From an uncultured Alphaproteobacteria bacterium (GTDB lineage Bacteria > Pseudomonadota > Alphaproteobacteria > Rhizobiales > Beijerinckiaceae), in assembly GCA_963835215.1 (NCBI GenBank), contig CAWIES010000004.1, forward strand, positions 371,121-435,120: a DNA stretch of 64,000 bases. Direction: 5' to 3'. Every line of letters starts with the position of its first letter. Position 1 is the stretch's first letter. The position numbers and the translations under genes were made by a program. A model generated the notes under the pieces. It did not search any database, was not told the DNA's origin, and saw nothing but the letters and a program-made list of their open reading frames with translations. This document shows positions 42,191 to 52,603 of the stretch, in pieces.

Positions 42191-43225
42191 ATGCGCGTGT
42201 GGTCGTCGTCCCTGATGCGATCCGCCCCGATAGGTTTCGGCGCCGCTTGCCAGCGATTCTTCGCCATTCTGGCCCTGACGATCGGCGCCCTCGGCTGCCA
42301 GAGTGTGGCAGCCTTGGCGCTGGACGGCGGCAAGCCCAGCAACGGTCAGCCCAAGATTGCGGTCCAGTCCTTTTCCAGCGTCGAGCAGGCGCTCAAGGCC
42401 GGCGTCCAGGATCTCAATGCCGGCGACGCGCAATCCTCCGTCCAGGCGCTCACCTACGCCGCCGACGGCGGTCAGCCGCTCGCGCAGTGGAAGCTCGGGC
42501 GCATGTACGCGCGCGGCGAGGGCGTGCCGCGCGACGACGCCAAGGCCTATGTCTATTTCGAGCGCCTGGTCGAGAGCTACAACGAGGACGATCCCGACCG
42601 GCCCGACATCGCCGCTATATCCAACGCCTTCGTGGCGGTAGGCGTCTACTGCCTCAACGGCATCGCCAATAGCGAAATTAAGGCCGACCCGGAGCGCGCG
42701 CTGGAGATGTTCCAGTACGCCGCGACCAATTTCGGCGACTCGGACGCGCAGTACAATCTCGCGCGCATGTACATGGACGGCGCCGCCGGGCTGGAGCGCA
42801 ACAACATGCGCGCGGCGCAATGGCTGGCGCTCGCGGCCGACAAGGGCCACCACCCGGCTCAGGCGCTGCTAGGCCATCTGCTGTTTCTCGGCGAAGGCGT
42901 GCCGCGCCAGCGGGCGCGGGGCCTGATGTGGCTGACGCTTGCCAAGACCGCCGCTCAAGGGCCGAAGGACGAATGGATTCGCGACCTTTACACCAAGGAT
43001 TGGGCGACGGCTGGCGATGACGATCGCGAAGTCGCCGCCGCCTACATCAGCGCGCACGGCAAGGACGGACTGGCGCCGCCCGCCGCGGTCACGGCGGACG
43101 CGAAGCCCCATGGCGGTTTCATCGCCGGCTTCGCCGCGCTGCCGGGCATGGTGCGCTCGTTCACCGCCGCGCCGCCGCCGAATTTTGACCCGCCGCCTGA
43201 TGGCGACGCGCCGCCCGGTCAATAA
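42191..43225 (+). CDS. Sel1-repeat periplasmic protein, ExoR-like
   Basis: AQWKLGRMYARGEGVPRDD, YAATNFGDSDAQYNLARMY. Confidence 0.8.
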   Translation: MRVWSSSLMRSAPIGFGAACQRFFAILALTIGALGCQSVAALALDGGKPSNGQPKIAVQSFSSVEQALKAGVQDLNAGDAQSSVQALTYAADGGQPLAQWKLGRMYARGEGVPRDDAKAYVYFERLVESYNEDDPDRPDIAAISNAFVAVGVYCLNGIANSEIKADPERALEMFQYAATNFGDSDAQYNLARMYMDGAAGLERNNMRAAQWLALAADKGHHPAQALLGHLLFLGEGVPRQRARGLMWLTLAKTAAQGPKDEWIRDLYTKDWATAGDDDREVAAAYISAHGKDGLAPPAAVTADAKPHGGFIAGFAALPGMVRSFTAAPPPNFDPPPDGDAPPGQ

Positions 43226-43480
43226 CCGCGACACTCGCGCAGGGCGCTGGGCGCGGATCGCGCGCTCGCTGTTGGCTGCCTCGTAAGGCGCTCCCAGACA
43301 CCAACCATAGTGCACGGCGAAGTCGCGGCTCCAGCGCGCGTTGAAGCCGTGAAGCAGCCCGGGATCGACATGTTGACGTCGACCCGGCGCACCGCGTCGT
43401 GCCGGTATTCGGCCCGGAAGTTCGCGGCGCGGATTTCAGATCAACGAGCCCATAAGGCAGATGGGCCAACCGCCTGCGTC
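43220..43480 (-). pseudogene. Decayed small Cys-containing protein gene
   Basis: Across frames: AEYRHDAVRRVDVNMSIPGC / GFNARWSRDFAVHYGWCLGAPYEAANSERAIR / LRECRGY*. Confidence 0.45.
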
Positions 43481-43526
43481 GACAGGGCGTGGGCCGGCAA
43501 AGCGGCGACCCAAATGATTGAATGCC

Positions 43527-43898
43527 TTAAAGCCCGAACGCATGATTGTATGCGACGGCCGAGCACAAAAGGCTCAGCGCCAACATGATCGCGCCGCCGA
43601 GAAACCATCGCAGCGTCAATCGATACTCAAATTCATCGTCGTCCTCTGGCTGTAGCGACCGCCACAGAGCGAACAATTCAAGCGCGACCGCCAGGCCCAA
43701 CAGGGCGGAAGCCGCCAGCGAAGCCGCTCGCCATGGACCCGGGAGCTCGAAGTTCCAAAATCGGAGAAACAGCAGCGAGAAACCCAAGAAGACCGTTATC
43801 GCCGTCACGATCGCCTGTCGATAGCCTGCGGGCAGCGAAACACGCACCCGCGCCGCTTGCGCGAGAGATGCCCGCTCGCTCTCCGCATTGTCGCTCAT
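43527..43898 (-). CDS. Hypothetical membrane protein (about 3 TM)
   Basis: GGAGG SD, ATG, three hydrophobic segments. Confidence 0.7.
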   Translation of the reverse strand: MSDNAESERASLAQAARVRVSLPAGYRQAIVTAITVFLGFSLLFLRFWNFELPGPWRAASLAASALLGLAVALELFALWRSLQPEDDDEFEYRLTLRWFLGGAIMLALSLLCSAVAYNHAFGL

Positions 43899-43949
43899 GA
43901 GAAACCTCCACCGAGTCCTTTAGCGACGTTTCTTTCGAGGCCGAAGCCG

Positions 43950-44256
43950 TCTCACCCGGTTTCTGGTCGATAACGGCGTACGACAACGCCACTAGTATAC
44001 GATCCCCAATACGATTCGCCGATACGCGCTCGGAGGAGACAGCGAATTGGGGCGCCACCCGGATGGGTCGTTCGCGATATACGTTCAGCGCGACGATCCC
44101 GGCCCGGAGCGGCGATCAAACTGGCTGCCAGTCTCCTCGGCGCCCTTCTACCTCATCCTCCGAGTCTATGCGCCTGCGCCTGTCGTCGCCGAAGGGCTGA
44201 AGAATCCGGGGTCGTTTCAAGGGCCGCCGGCAATTACGCCCGTCGGACGCATTTGA
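43950..44256 (+). pseudogene. C-terminal fragment of a DUF1214-domain protein
   Basis: PGFWSITAYD / PNTIRRYALG...DGSFAIYVQ...PGPERRSNWLP...FYLILRVYAP; no N-terminal part present. Confidence 0.65.
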
Positions 44257-44270
44257 AAGGGGAAAAGCCT

Positions 44271-44771
44271 ATGTCTGAAGCGCCTCAACGCCGCTACGGC
44301 GTGGCCGACCACGAGGAAATCGCCGAACTGGACGGCAGGCAAATCTTGCAAGCCATGATCGACGGCAAGCTGCCGACCCCGCCGATGGCCAAGACTCTCG
44401 CCTTCGATCTCGTTGAAGTCGGCGAGGGATTTGCGGCCTTCGAGGGCAGGCCTGACGAGACGTTCTTGAACCCGATGGGAGTGGTCCACGGCGGCTGGGC
44501 CCTGACGCTCGTAGACAGCGCGGCCGGTTGCGCGGCGATGACGTTGTTGCCCGTCGGGGCCGGCTATACGACGATCGAAACCAAGGTGAACTTTTCGCGT
44601 CCCATCCTCGCAGACACAGGCAAGGTGCGCGCCGAATCTCGCATCGTCTCGCGTGGCGCTCGAATACTTTCAGCCGAAGCTAGAGTTGTCGATGCAACCG
44701 GCCGTGTACTCGCGCATGGAACCTCCACCTTGATGGTGCTCGGAGAAGGACGCGCCGCGCGTCGGAGCTAG
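44271..44771 (+). CDS. PaaI-family thioesterase
   Basis: NPMGVVHGG...LVDSAAGCA; TIETKVNF. Confidence 0.9.
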   Translation: MSEAPQRRYGVADHEEIAELDGRQILQAMIDGKLPTPPMAKTLAFDLVEVGEGFAAFEGRPDETFLNPMGVVHGGWALTLVDSAAGCAAMTLLPVGAGYTTIETKVNFSRPILADTGKVRAESRIVSRGARILSAEARVVDATGRVLAHGTSTLMVLGEGRAARRS

Positions 44772-45562
44772 ACGCCGGTCAGCAGCGATCGGGTCGCAGC
44801 CTCGACGTCCTTTTCGCGCATCAGCGCCTCGCCGACCAGGAAGGCGTCGATGCCGATGGCGGAGAGCTGCTGGCAATCGGCGTGGCGCGAAATTCCGCTC
44901 TCGGCGACGACGATACGATCGGCGGGGATCAGCGGCTTTAGCCGCTCGCACACGGTGAGCGAAGTCTCGAACGTGTGGAGATCGCGGTTGTTGACGCCAA
45001 TCAGCCGCCCTTCGAGCGCCAGCGCGCGAGTCAGTTCGCCCTCGTTGTGGACTTCGATCAGCACGTCGAGGCCAAGGTCGTGCGCGCTCTTGTTGAGCGC
45101 GCGCGCGGTTTCATCGTCGACCCCCGCCATGATGATCAGAATGCAATCGGCGCCCCAGGCGCGCGCTTCGAGCACCTGATAGGGGTCGTAGAGAAAATCC
45201 TTGCGCAGGATCGGCAGCGCCGACGTGGCGCGCGCCTGCACCAGGTGTTGCGGATCGCCCTTGAACGAGGGCGCGTCGGTGAGCACCGACAGGCAAGCGG
45301 CGCCGCCGGCCTGATAGTGGCGGGCAAGGCCCGCCGGCTCGAAGTCCTCGCGGATCAGCCCCTTCGAAGGGCTCGCCTTCTTGATCTCGGCGACAAGTCC
45401 AAACCGCCCGGCCTCGATCGAGCGCTCGAGCGCTTTGATGAAGCCGCGTGGCGGCGACTGGTCGCGGATCTCGCGCTCGAGCGTTGCGCGCGGCACGCGC
45501 ACTTTCGCCTCGGCGACTTCGCGCCGCTTGTAGGCTTCAATCTTTTGCAGGATGTCGGTCAT
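44768..45562 (-). CDS. trpC: Indole-3-glycerol phosphate synthase
   Basis: [33 protein letters not shown]. Confidence 0.97.
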   Translation of the reverse strand: MTDILQKIEAYKRREVAEAKVRVPRATLEREIRDQSPPRGFIKALERSIEAGRFGLVAEIKKASPSKGLIREDFEPAGLARHYQAGGAACLSVLTDAPSFKGDPQHLVQARATSALPILRKDFLYDPYQVLEARAWGADCILIIMAGVDDETARALNKSAHDLGLDVLIEVHNEGELTRALALEGRLIGVNNRDLHTFETSLTVCERLKPLIPADRIVVAESGISRHADCQQLSAIGIDAFLVGEALMREKDVEAATRSLLTGV

Positions 45563-45574
45563 GCCTTGGCTCGA

Positions 45575-46588
45575 TCACCCATTGGAGACTGCGATCAAAC
45601 GGTCGAGAACGCGTTTCGTTGCGCCGGAGGCGAGCGCCTTGTCCGCCATGCTGACGCCCTCGGCAAGTTCGCGCGCCTTGCCGGCGACAACCAGGCCGCC
45701 CGCGGCGTTGAGCAGCGCGATGTCGCGATAGGCGCTGTGCGCCCCCTCGATCACGCCCCTGAGCGCCGCCGCGTTGTGGGCGGCGTCGCCCCCCTTGAGC
45801 GCGGCAAGATCGACGCGCGCCAGCCCGACCTCTTCCGGCGTCACTTCGAAAGCGCGGATCGCGCCGTCCTTCAGTTCGACGATCTTGGTGACGCCGGTGG
45901 TCGACATTTCATCGAGACCGTCGGCGCCATGGGTGATCCAAACTCGCTCCGAGCCGAGGTTGCGCAGCACCTCGGCCATTGGCGTCAGCCAGGCGGCGGA
46001 AAAGACGCCGATCAATTGGCGCTTGACGCCGGCGGGATTGGACAGCGGCCCGAGCAGATTGAAGATCGTGCGGGTGCCGAGCTCGCCGCGGGTTGGCCCG
46101 ACGTGACGCATCGCCGCGTGGTGGGTCGGCGCCATCATGAAGCCGATCCCCGCTTCGCGGATGCAGCGCTCGACCATCTCGGGCGCGACGCCGACTTTGA
46201 CCCCGAGAGCTGCGAGCGTGTCGGCCGTGCCCGACTTGGAGGACGCGGCGCGATTGCCGTGCTTGGCGACTGGCACGCCGCAGGCCGTGACGATTAGCGC
46301 GGCGAGCGTCGAGACATTGTAGGAGCCCGAGCCGTCGCCGCCGGTGCCGACGATGTCGACTGCATCCGCCGGCGCGGCGACGCGCAGCATCTTGGCGCGC
46401 ATCGCTGAGACGGCGCCGGTGATCTCCTCAACCGTCTCGCCGCGCACGCGCAGCGCCATCAGGAAGCCGCCGAGCTGCGCGGGCGTTACCTCGCCCGAGA
46501 GGATTACGTCGAACGCGTCGGCCGCCTCGGCGCGCGACAATTGCGAGCCCGCAGCGACCTTGGCGATCAGCGGCTTGAAGGATTCCAT
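45575..46588 (-). CDS. trpD: Anthranilate phosphoribosyltransferase
   Basis: [34 protein letters not shown]. Confidence 0.97.
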   Translation of the reverse strand: MESFKPLIAKVAAGSQLSRAEAADAFDVILSGEVTPAQLGGFLMALRVRGETVEEITGAVSAMRAKMLRVAAPADAVDIVGTGGDGSGSYNVSTLAALIVTACGVPVAKHGNRAASSKSGTADTLAALGVKVGVAPEMVERCIREAGIGFMMAPTHHAAMRHVGPTRGELGTRTIFNLLGPLSNPAGVKRQLIGVFSAAWLTPMAEVLRNLGSERVWITHGADGLDEMSTTGVTKIVELKDGAIRAFEVTPEEVGLARVDLAALKGGDAAHNAAALRGVIEGAHSAYRDIALLNAAGGLVVAGKARELAEGVSMADKALASGATKRVLDRLIAVSNG

Positions 46589-46609
46589 ACCTCGGGTCCC
46601 GCTCCTCTT

Positions 46610-47206
46610 TCAGTAGTGCGCGCGCTGCCCGAAGGCGCGCGCGAGATCGAGGAAATTGCCCAGCATGGCGTGACCGTGCTCGCTGGCGATGCTCTCGGGA
46701 TGGAACTGTACGCCGTAAACCGGCAGCTCGCGATGGGCGACCGCCATGATCAGCCCGTCGTCGCTCTCTGCGCTGACTTCGAGCGCCTCGGGCGCGCTGT
46801 CGCGCGCGATCGTCAGCGAGTGATAGCGCGTCGCCTGGAACGGTCCGTTGAGGCCGCGGAACAGGCCGCGCGCGTTGTGGGCGATGCGCGAGAGCTTGCC
46901 GTGCATCGGCGTCGGCGCGCGCACGATCGTCCCGCCGAACGCCTGGCCGATCGCCTGGTGTCCGAGGCAGACGCCGAGGATCGGCGTCGAGGCGCTCGCC
47001 GCGCGCACGAGATCGAGGCAGACGCCCGCTTCGTTGGGCGTGCACGGACCGGGCGAGAGCACGATGGCGTCTGGCTTGGCGGCGACAATCTCCTCGACGC
47101 TGCGCTCGTCGTTGCGCCACACCGACACGTCCCCGCCAAGCTCGCCCAGATAGTGGACGAGGTTGAAGGTGAAACTATCGTAGTTGTCGATCAGGGTGAC
47201 GCGCAT
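46610..47206 (-). CDS. trpG: Anthranilate synthase component II
   Basis: IDNYDSFTFN, SPGPCTP, GVCLGHQ, RYHSL, GVQFHPES. Confidence 0.96.
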   Translation of the reverse strand: MRVTLIDNYDSFTFNLVHYLGELGGDVSVWRNDERSVEEIVAAKPDAIVLSPGPCTPNEAGVCLDLVRAASASTPILGVCLGHQAIGQAFGGTIVRAPTPMHGKLSRIAHNARGLFRGLNGPFQATRYHSLTIARDSAPEALEVSAESDDGLIMAVAHRELPVYGVQFHPESIASEHGHAMLGNFLDLARAFGQRAHY

Positions 47207-47332
47207 CGGCCTTCGGGCTCCGCTAGGCCACGTCTATTCCATTGCGGCCCGGGCCGCGTCAAGTTGCGGAGACGGGCGAATACGGCCGGGCGAATTGTGG
47301 AAGGACGCCCGGGCGTTGGGCGCCCCGAGCCC

Positions 47333-48127
47333 TCACAGCTTTGCCGCCGGCCCTTCGCCGATTGCGCCGACGTGGGCGAGGTCGCCAGCGAGCGCGCGGG
47401 CGAAGCAGGCGTAGCCCTCGTCGCCCATGTGGAAGCCGTCCGGCGCCAGCGCGTCGCTCAGCGTCGCGGCCGATTTGGCCGCCCAGGCCCGCATCATCGC
47501 GAAGCGCGAAAAGACCGGCGTGTGTTCGGCCGCGCCGACCTCCGCGATGATGGCGGCAAACTGTTCGTAGCGCGCAAGATCCTTGATGCCGAAATAGAAC
47601 TGCGGATCGACCAGCACGATCGGCACGCCACGCGCTTTGGCGGCGGCAATCCCGGCGGTCAGATTGGCGCGGAAGGCGTCCGGCGCGACCCCGGCGACCG
47701 CGTCATTGGTGCCGACCTGCCAGACGACGAGATCGGGCGGATTTGCCGTGAGCGCGGCGAGGAGCCGTGCGCGCGTCGCTTCAACCATCTCGCCGCCGAC
47801 CCCGGCGTTGACCACCGCGGCGTCGATTTTCCATTGCGAAGCGAGATCGGAAGCAAGCTGGGCCGGATAGGCGGCGCTCGGCGAGGAAGCGCCGACGCCG
47901 AGCGTCGAAGAGGAGCCGATCGCCAAAATGCGCAAGCGGCGACCGCCGCTGGGAGACTCAGCGAGCGGCGTTTGGGCGCCGTTCTCGGCAAAAGCGCTGG
48001 GCGTGGCGGCCGGGCAGACGATCGGGCCGCCCGCTCTGGCGGCTACTGCGCCAAGGCCGATTGCGACGACCGCCGCGAAAGCAAGCGCGTAGCGGCGGGC
48101 GCGTCGCCACGAAGCGAAATTTTCCAT
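47333..48127 (-). CDS. Secreted SGNH/GDSL-family hydrolase
   Basis: AIGSSST, NAGVGGE, WQVGTND, DGFHM. Confidence 0.85.
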   Translation of the reverse strand: MENFASWRRARRYALAFAAVVAIGLGAVAARAGGPIVCPAATPSAFAENGAQTPLAESPSGGRRLRILAIGSSSTLGVGASSPSAAYPAQLASDLASQWKIDAAVVNAGVGGEMVEATRARLLAALTANPPDLVVWQVGTNDAVAGVAPDAFRANLTAGIAAAKARGVPIVLVDPQFYFGIKDLARYEQFAAIIAEVGAAEHTPVFSRFAMMRAWAAKSAATLSDALAPDGFHMGDEGYACFARALAGDLAHVGAIGEGPAAKL

Positions 48128-49233
48128 TCCAACCAACTCGCCAGCGCGAATAAGGCCCCAATGCTGGCGAGTGTGTAGCCGAATTCGAGCCCGCGCGCCA
48201 AGGGTTCGTCGAGCCCGGCGCCGAGTGTAGCCGCGCCGGCCTGGCCAAGCGCGCTGAGCAGCGAACTTGCGGCGAAGATCGGCAGGCACTGGCGACCGAG
48301 TTTTTGCACCGCGTGGCCCGCCGGTGCGCGCGCCACAGCGCCGAAAAACCTTGTCGTCGCCAGGAGATAGGCGATGGCGAGAAAATTGGTGAGCCGCGCC
48401 AGGCCGAGGTTCTGCTTGCCGATGTCGAGCGCGGCGAAGGCGGCGTCCCGCAGCCCGGGGACGAGCGACAGGCCGTCGGTCACGACGAACGTGCCCCCCG
48501 CCGCCAGAGCGAGCGCGAGCGCCTGAACGATCGGCGAAGCCTCGGGTGCGCGATCGCGCCAGCGAACCCCCGCTAGCACGCCGAGGGTGAAGACGAGCTG
48601 CCAGGCGAGCGGATTGAAGAACCAGCCGCCCGGCTCGGGCCAGTTGGGCAGGTCGAATCCGGTCAATCTGACCAGCACATAGGCGCCGAGCGACGCCGCC
48701 AGCGCCGCCGCCGAACTGAACCGCGCCAGCGCCAGGATTGCCGGCGTCAGCGCCATCAGCACCACATAAAGCGGCAGGATGTTGAAATAGCCGAGCTGAT
48801 GGCTGAGCAGCGCGACGCCGAGCCCGCCGCGCAGCGGCTCTTGAAACACGACCGCGCGCCCATGCGGCGCGATCAGCGCGTCCGCATCGCCGGCGAGCCA
48901 ATAGGCGCCGCCGAAGATTGCAAGCGCGCAAAATGTCAGCAGGAGGTGCAGGCCGTAGAGCCTCACCGCCTTCTTGAGGCACGCGCCCGCGACGGGCGCG
49001 AGCCCGTCGGCGAGAACGCGCCGGTAATAGACCAGCCCAATCGACAGGCCGGAGAGGAAAACGAAGGCCTCCGCGCTGTCGGCGAGTGCGAAATTGCGCG
49101 GGGTGACCTTTTCGAGGATGTTGCCCGGCACATGGTCGATCATCATCGCGATGAGGACCAGTCCCCGACCAAAATCGACGCTCTGGTTGCGCGACGGATG
49201 GGCCATGACCACACCAATCAAGAACTGCGCCAC
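48043..49233 (-). CDS. OpgC-domain membrane acyltransferase
   Basis: DFGRGL...IDH, DSAEAFVFLSG, FNILPLY, WFFNPLAWQLVF. Confidence 0.85.
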   Translation of the reverse strand: MAQFLIGVVMAHPSRNQSVDFGRGLVLIAMMIDHVPGNILEKVTPRNFALADSAEAFVFLSGLSIGLVYYRRVLADGLAPVAGACLKKAVRLYGLHLLLTFCALAIFGGAYWLAGDADALIAPHGRAVVFQEPLRGGLGVALLSHQLGYFNILPLYVVLMALTPAILALARFSSAAALAASLGAYVLVRLTGFDLPNWPEPGGWFFNPLAWQLVFTLGVLAGVRWRDRAPEASPIVQALALALAAGGTFVVTDGLSLVPGLRDAAFAALDIGKQNLGLARLTNFLAIAYLLATTRFFGAVARAPAGHAVQKLGRQCLPIFAASSLLSALGQAGAATLGAGLDEPLARGLEFGYTLASIGALFALASWLEWKISLRGDAPAATRLLSRRSSQSALAQ

Positions 49234-49322
49234 CCGATGACATTTTGCCGCAGGCGCGCCGCGTCGACAACGCGCGCGGACGCGATCTCACGCAGGTGTG
49301 ACGCTGGGGAGCATTGGCGCGA

Positions 49323-51332
49323 TCACAGTGTTGCGATCAGCGCCTTCAGCGCTTCGACGTTGTCCACCGGCAAGCTGCAGATCTGGCCGCGGCACAGCAT
49401 TGCGGCGGGCGCATTGGGCAGCGGCGCCCGGTCGCCGGGCGGCCCCTCGGGCCACAGCGACGGGTCGAAGCGCAGCGTGACGATCGCCGAATCGGCGCTC
49501 GTCAGCGCAACGTCAGCGAGCGCGCTCGCGCCCGCGTCGTCAAGCCGCCCTTCGATGAAGACCGCGCCGCCACGGTGCAGGAGATCGATCGCCGCGAGCA
49601 GCAGCGGCGCTTGCGCGACGGCTGCGCCTTCATCAGCGTGAACGCGCGCAAGGCTCATGGCGGCTTCGGCCCAGTGCGCTTCGCCCGTGACGTGATGGAG
49701 CTTGGCGAAGACCTCGGCGAGCAGAGATGCGCCCGACGGGCTAGCGCCGTCGTGCGGCGGGCGCACACGGACGATCAGCTCGTCGGCGCTCTCGCGCGCG
49801 GTCATGAAAACACCGCCCTCGCCATCGCCGAACCGACCCTCAGCCTCGTTCGCCCAATCGAGCGCGAGCTCGAAGTAGCGCGGCGCGCCCGTCGCTTCGA
49901 ACAAAGCGAGCGCAGCGCGCGCCATCGCTGCGTAATCGTCGAGCATGCCGGAGGCGCCAGCGCGCCCGTCGCGCCAAGCGTGCAACAGGGCGCCGTGCGC
50001 GTCGCGCAAGTTGGTCTCGACATAGGCGAAAGCGGCCTCAGCCGCGGCGAGATAGTCGGGCGCGTCGAAGACGGCGGCGCCGCGCGCGAGTGCGGCGATG
50101 ATCAGCCCATTCCAGTCGGCGAGGATCTTGTCGTCGCGCCCCGGCCGCGGGCGTTTCTCGCGGGCGGCCAAAAGGCGGGCGCGCGCGGCGACGAGACGCG
50201 CTTCATCCGCCGGCGCGCCAAGCGGCGTTAGCCGACGCAATACGTTGCGCCCCTCCCAATTGCCGTTAACGGTCACATCGTAAGCGGCGGCGAAGGCGGG
50301 CGCGTCTTCGCCTAGCAGCGCGGCGATCTCCTCGGCGCTCCAGACATAGAAGCGTCCTTCCTCGCCCTCGGAATCCGCGTCGAGCGAGGCGGCGAAGGCC
50401 TCGCCGACCTTCATCTCGCGCATCAGCCAATCGAACGTTTCGCGCGTCCGCGCGGCATAAATTTCTGTCGGCGTCTCAGCGTGGCACAGCGCGAGCAGTT
50501 CGAGGATTTGTGCGTTGTCGTAGAGCATCTTCTCAAAGTGAGGCACGAGCCAGACCGCGTCGGTCGAATAGCGGGCGAAGCCGCCCCCGAGATGATCGTA
50601 GATGCCGCCCGCGCACAGCCCGTCGAGCAGCCCGCGCACGGCGGCGCGACAGGCCGGGTCGCCGCGACGGAAGAATTCGCTCCACAGGAAGCGGAAGATC
50701 GGCGCGTTGGGAAATTTTGGCGCGCCGCGCAAGCCGCCGGCGCGCTCATCAACGAGGCGCAGCAGGCTGTCGGCGGCTTGCGTCAGATCGCCGGGCGACA
50801 GATCGGGACTCGCCTGCGGCGCGGCGAGCTCGGCAAGATGGGCGACCAGCGCCGCGCCGCGCTGTTCAAGCGTCGCGCGCCGCTCGCGCCACGCGACGTC
50901 GACCGCGCGCAGCACTTGCGCGAAGGAGGGCCGGCCCCAGCGCGGCTCCGGCGGCCAATAGGTGCCGCCGTGAAACGGCGCGCCGTCGGGGCTAAGAAAC
51001 ATCGTCATCGGCCAGCCGCCTTGCTCGCCCATCGCGTGCAGCGCCGCCATGTAGAGCGCGTCGACGTCGGGGCGCTCTTCGCGATCGACCTTCACGTTGA
51101 CATAGAGCGCGTTCATCAACGCCGCAATTTCTGGGTCCTCGAAGGATTCATGCGCCATGACATGGCACCAGTGGCAGGCGGCGTAGCCGACCGACAGCAG
51201 GATCGGACAGTCGCGGCGCTTGGCCTCGGCGAGCGCATCCGGCCCCCATTGGCGCCAATGTACGGGGTTATGCGCGTGCTGCAGCAGATAGGGCGAGGTG
51301 GCGTCGGCGAGCTGGTTGCCGTCCAGCGACAT
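49323..51332 (-). CDS. Thioredoxin-domain protein, YyaL/DUF255 family
   Basis: [43 protein letters not shown]. Confidence 0.92.
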   Translation of the reverse strand: MSLDGNQLADATSPYLLQHAHNPVHWRQWGPDALAEAKRRDCPILLSVGYAACHWCHVMAHESFEDPEIAALMNALYVNVKVDREERPDVDALYMAALHAMGEQGGWPMTMFLSPDGAPFHGGTYWPPEPRWGRPSFAQVLRAVDVAWRERRATLEQRGAALVAHLAELAAPQASPDLSPGDLTQAADSLLRLVDERAGGLRGAPKFPNAPIFRFLWSEFFRRGDPACRAAVRGLLDGLCAGGIYDHLGGGFARYSTDAVWLVPHFEKMLYDNAQILELLALCHAETPTEIYAARTRETFDWLMREMKVGEAFAASLDADSEGEEGRFYVWSAEEIAALLGEDAPAFAAAYDVTVNGNWEGRNVLRRLTPLGAPADEARLVAARARLLAAREKRPRPGRDDKILADWNGLIIAALARGAAVFDAPDYLAAAEAAFAYVETNLRDAHGALLHAWRDGRAGASGMLDDYAAMARAALALFEATGAPRYFELALDWANEAEGRFGDGEGGVFMTARESADELIVRVRPPHDGASPSGASLLAEVFAKLHHVTGEAHWAEAAMSLARVHADEGAAVAQAPLLLAAIDLLHRGGAVFIEGRLDDAGASALADVALTSADSAIVTLRFDPSLWPEGPPGDRAPLPNAPAAMLCRGQICSLPVDNVEALKALIATL

Positions 51333-51359
51333 GACGTTTCTCCTGAACTGGCGGCGCCG

Positions 51360-52356
51360 TCATCCAGCCAACGCGTGCTTCAGCATCGTCTTGAAAGCGA
51401 CGCTGTCGAAGGTCCAACAGATGTCGGCTTTCGTTTCGCCCTCAAGCGCATGACCCTCAAGCGCTTGGCCCTCAAGCGCTTGGCGCCAGACCTGGCGGTT
51501 GTTGTCGTCGGCGGCGACGTTGAGCCGGTCGACCACAGTCATGCCGCGCGTCAGCTCGCTCGCGCATTCGATCTCGACCAGATGACGGCTCCAACTCGTG
51601 CCGATGGTGCGATCGAGCGCCACCGCCATCGCGGTCGGATCGGCGAGCGACAGGCCGACCTCGCCGGTCTGTGTTTGATAGGCGGCTTTGGCGCGCGTGT
51701 TGCACTCGATGGCGAAGCGCGCCTTGGCTGTGCCAAATGCGAGAATGTCGGCGATCTCGGCTTCGCTCAGCACCGAGGCGTCGCGCGAGACGTGCCAGCC
51801 GACCATTTCGATGTTTAGGCCTGAGCGGAAGACGATGCCGCGCCGCTTCGGGATCGACCCAGATGTTGTATTCGGCCGCCGGCGTGACGTTGCCTTCGCA
51901 ACACGGCGCGCCGCCCATGACGACGCAGCGATCAATTTTGGCGGCAAGCGTCGGATCGCGGGCGAGCGCCAGCGCCACATTGGTCAGCGGCCCGAGGGTC
52001 ACCAGCGTCAGGCCGGGGTGTTCGCCCGCGAGGCGCAGAATCGCCTCGACCGCGTGTTCGCGCTCAGGCTTGCCGCGCGGGGCCGGATAGCCGCGATCGG
52101 AAAGGCCATCCTTGCCGTGAAACCAATGCGCGTGCTCGTGCAGGCGCAGCAGCGGCGCGGCGGCGCCGGCAAAGACGGGAACCTCGACGCCGGCGATCTC
52201 AGCGGTGAACAGCGCGTTGCGCGTCGCTTGCTCGAGCCCGACATTGCCCGCAACGATGGTGAGCCCGAGCACGCTGACGTCGGGCGCGGCGAGCGCCATC
52301 AGAATGGCGACCGCGTCGTCGGAAGCAGTGTCGGTGTCGATGAGGAACTGGCGCAT
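51360..52356 (-). CDS. Nucleoside hydrolase (frameshift near 51840)
   Basis: IDTDTASDDA, HGKDGL, LGPLTNVA, GNVTPAAEYNIWVDPEAA, TRGMTVVD. Confidence 0.9.
51439..51483 (-). repeat. In-frame 15-bp tandem repeat x3 (QALEG-QALEG-HALEG)
   Basis: CCCTCAAGCGC at 51439, 51454 and 51469. Confidence 0.85.
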
Positions 52357-52472
52357 GATCGGGCAGGGGCTTGGCGAGAGGGAGGGGCGCCCCTGACTAG
52401 CACGTCTTGGCGCTGGATGGCTTCGCTGCGCTCGCCGTGATGGCGTTTGCTCGGCGCCGTAGGCTCGGACGC

Positions 52473-52585
52473 CCGTCATGACCGGGCTTGACCCGGTCAT
52501 CCGGGCGCAGGCGCCGCGTCGGAACAATAGAGCCCAACGCCCCGAGACGCGGGATGGATGGCCGGGTCGAGCCCGGCCATGACGG
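52473..52585. repeat. CGTC-type REP-like inverted repeat pair (family A)
   Basis: CCGTCATGACCGGGCTTGACCCGGTCATCC ... GGATGGCCGGGTCGAGCCCGGCCATGACGG. Confidence 0.85.
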
Positions 52586-52603
52586 CGAGGGGTGTGGAAC
52601 CGC

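Noticed and set aside
47333-49291. 652-aa ORF ending in an SGNH domain
   Set aside because: The first ~390 aa are an alternative frame of the OpgC gene. The real SGNH gene starts near 48127.
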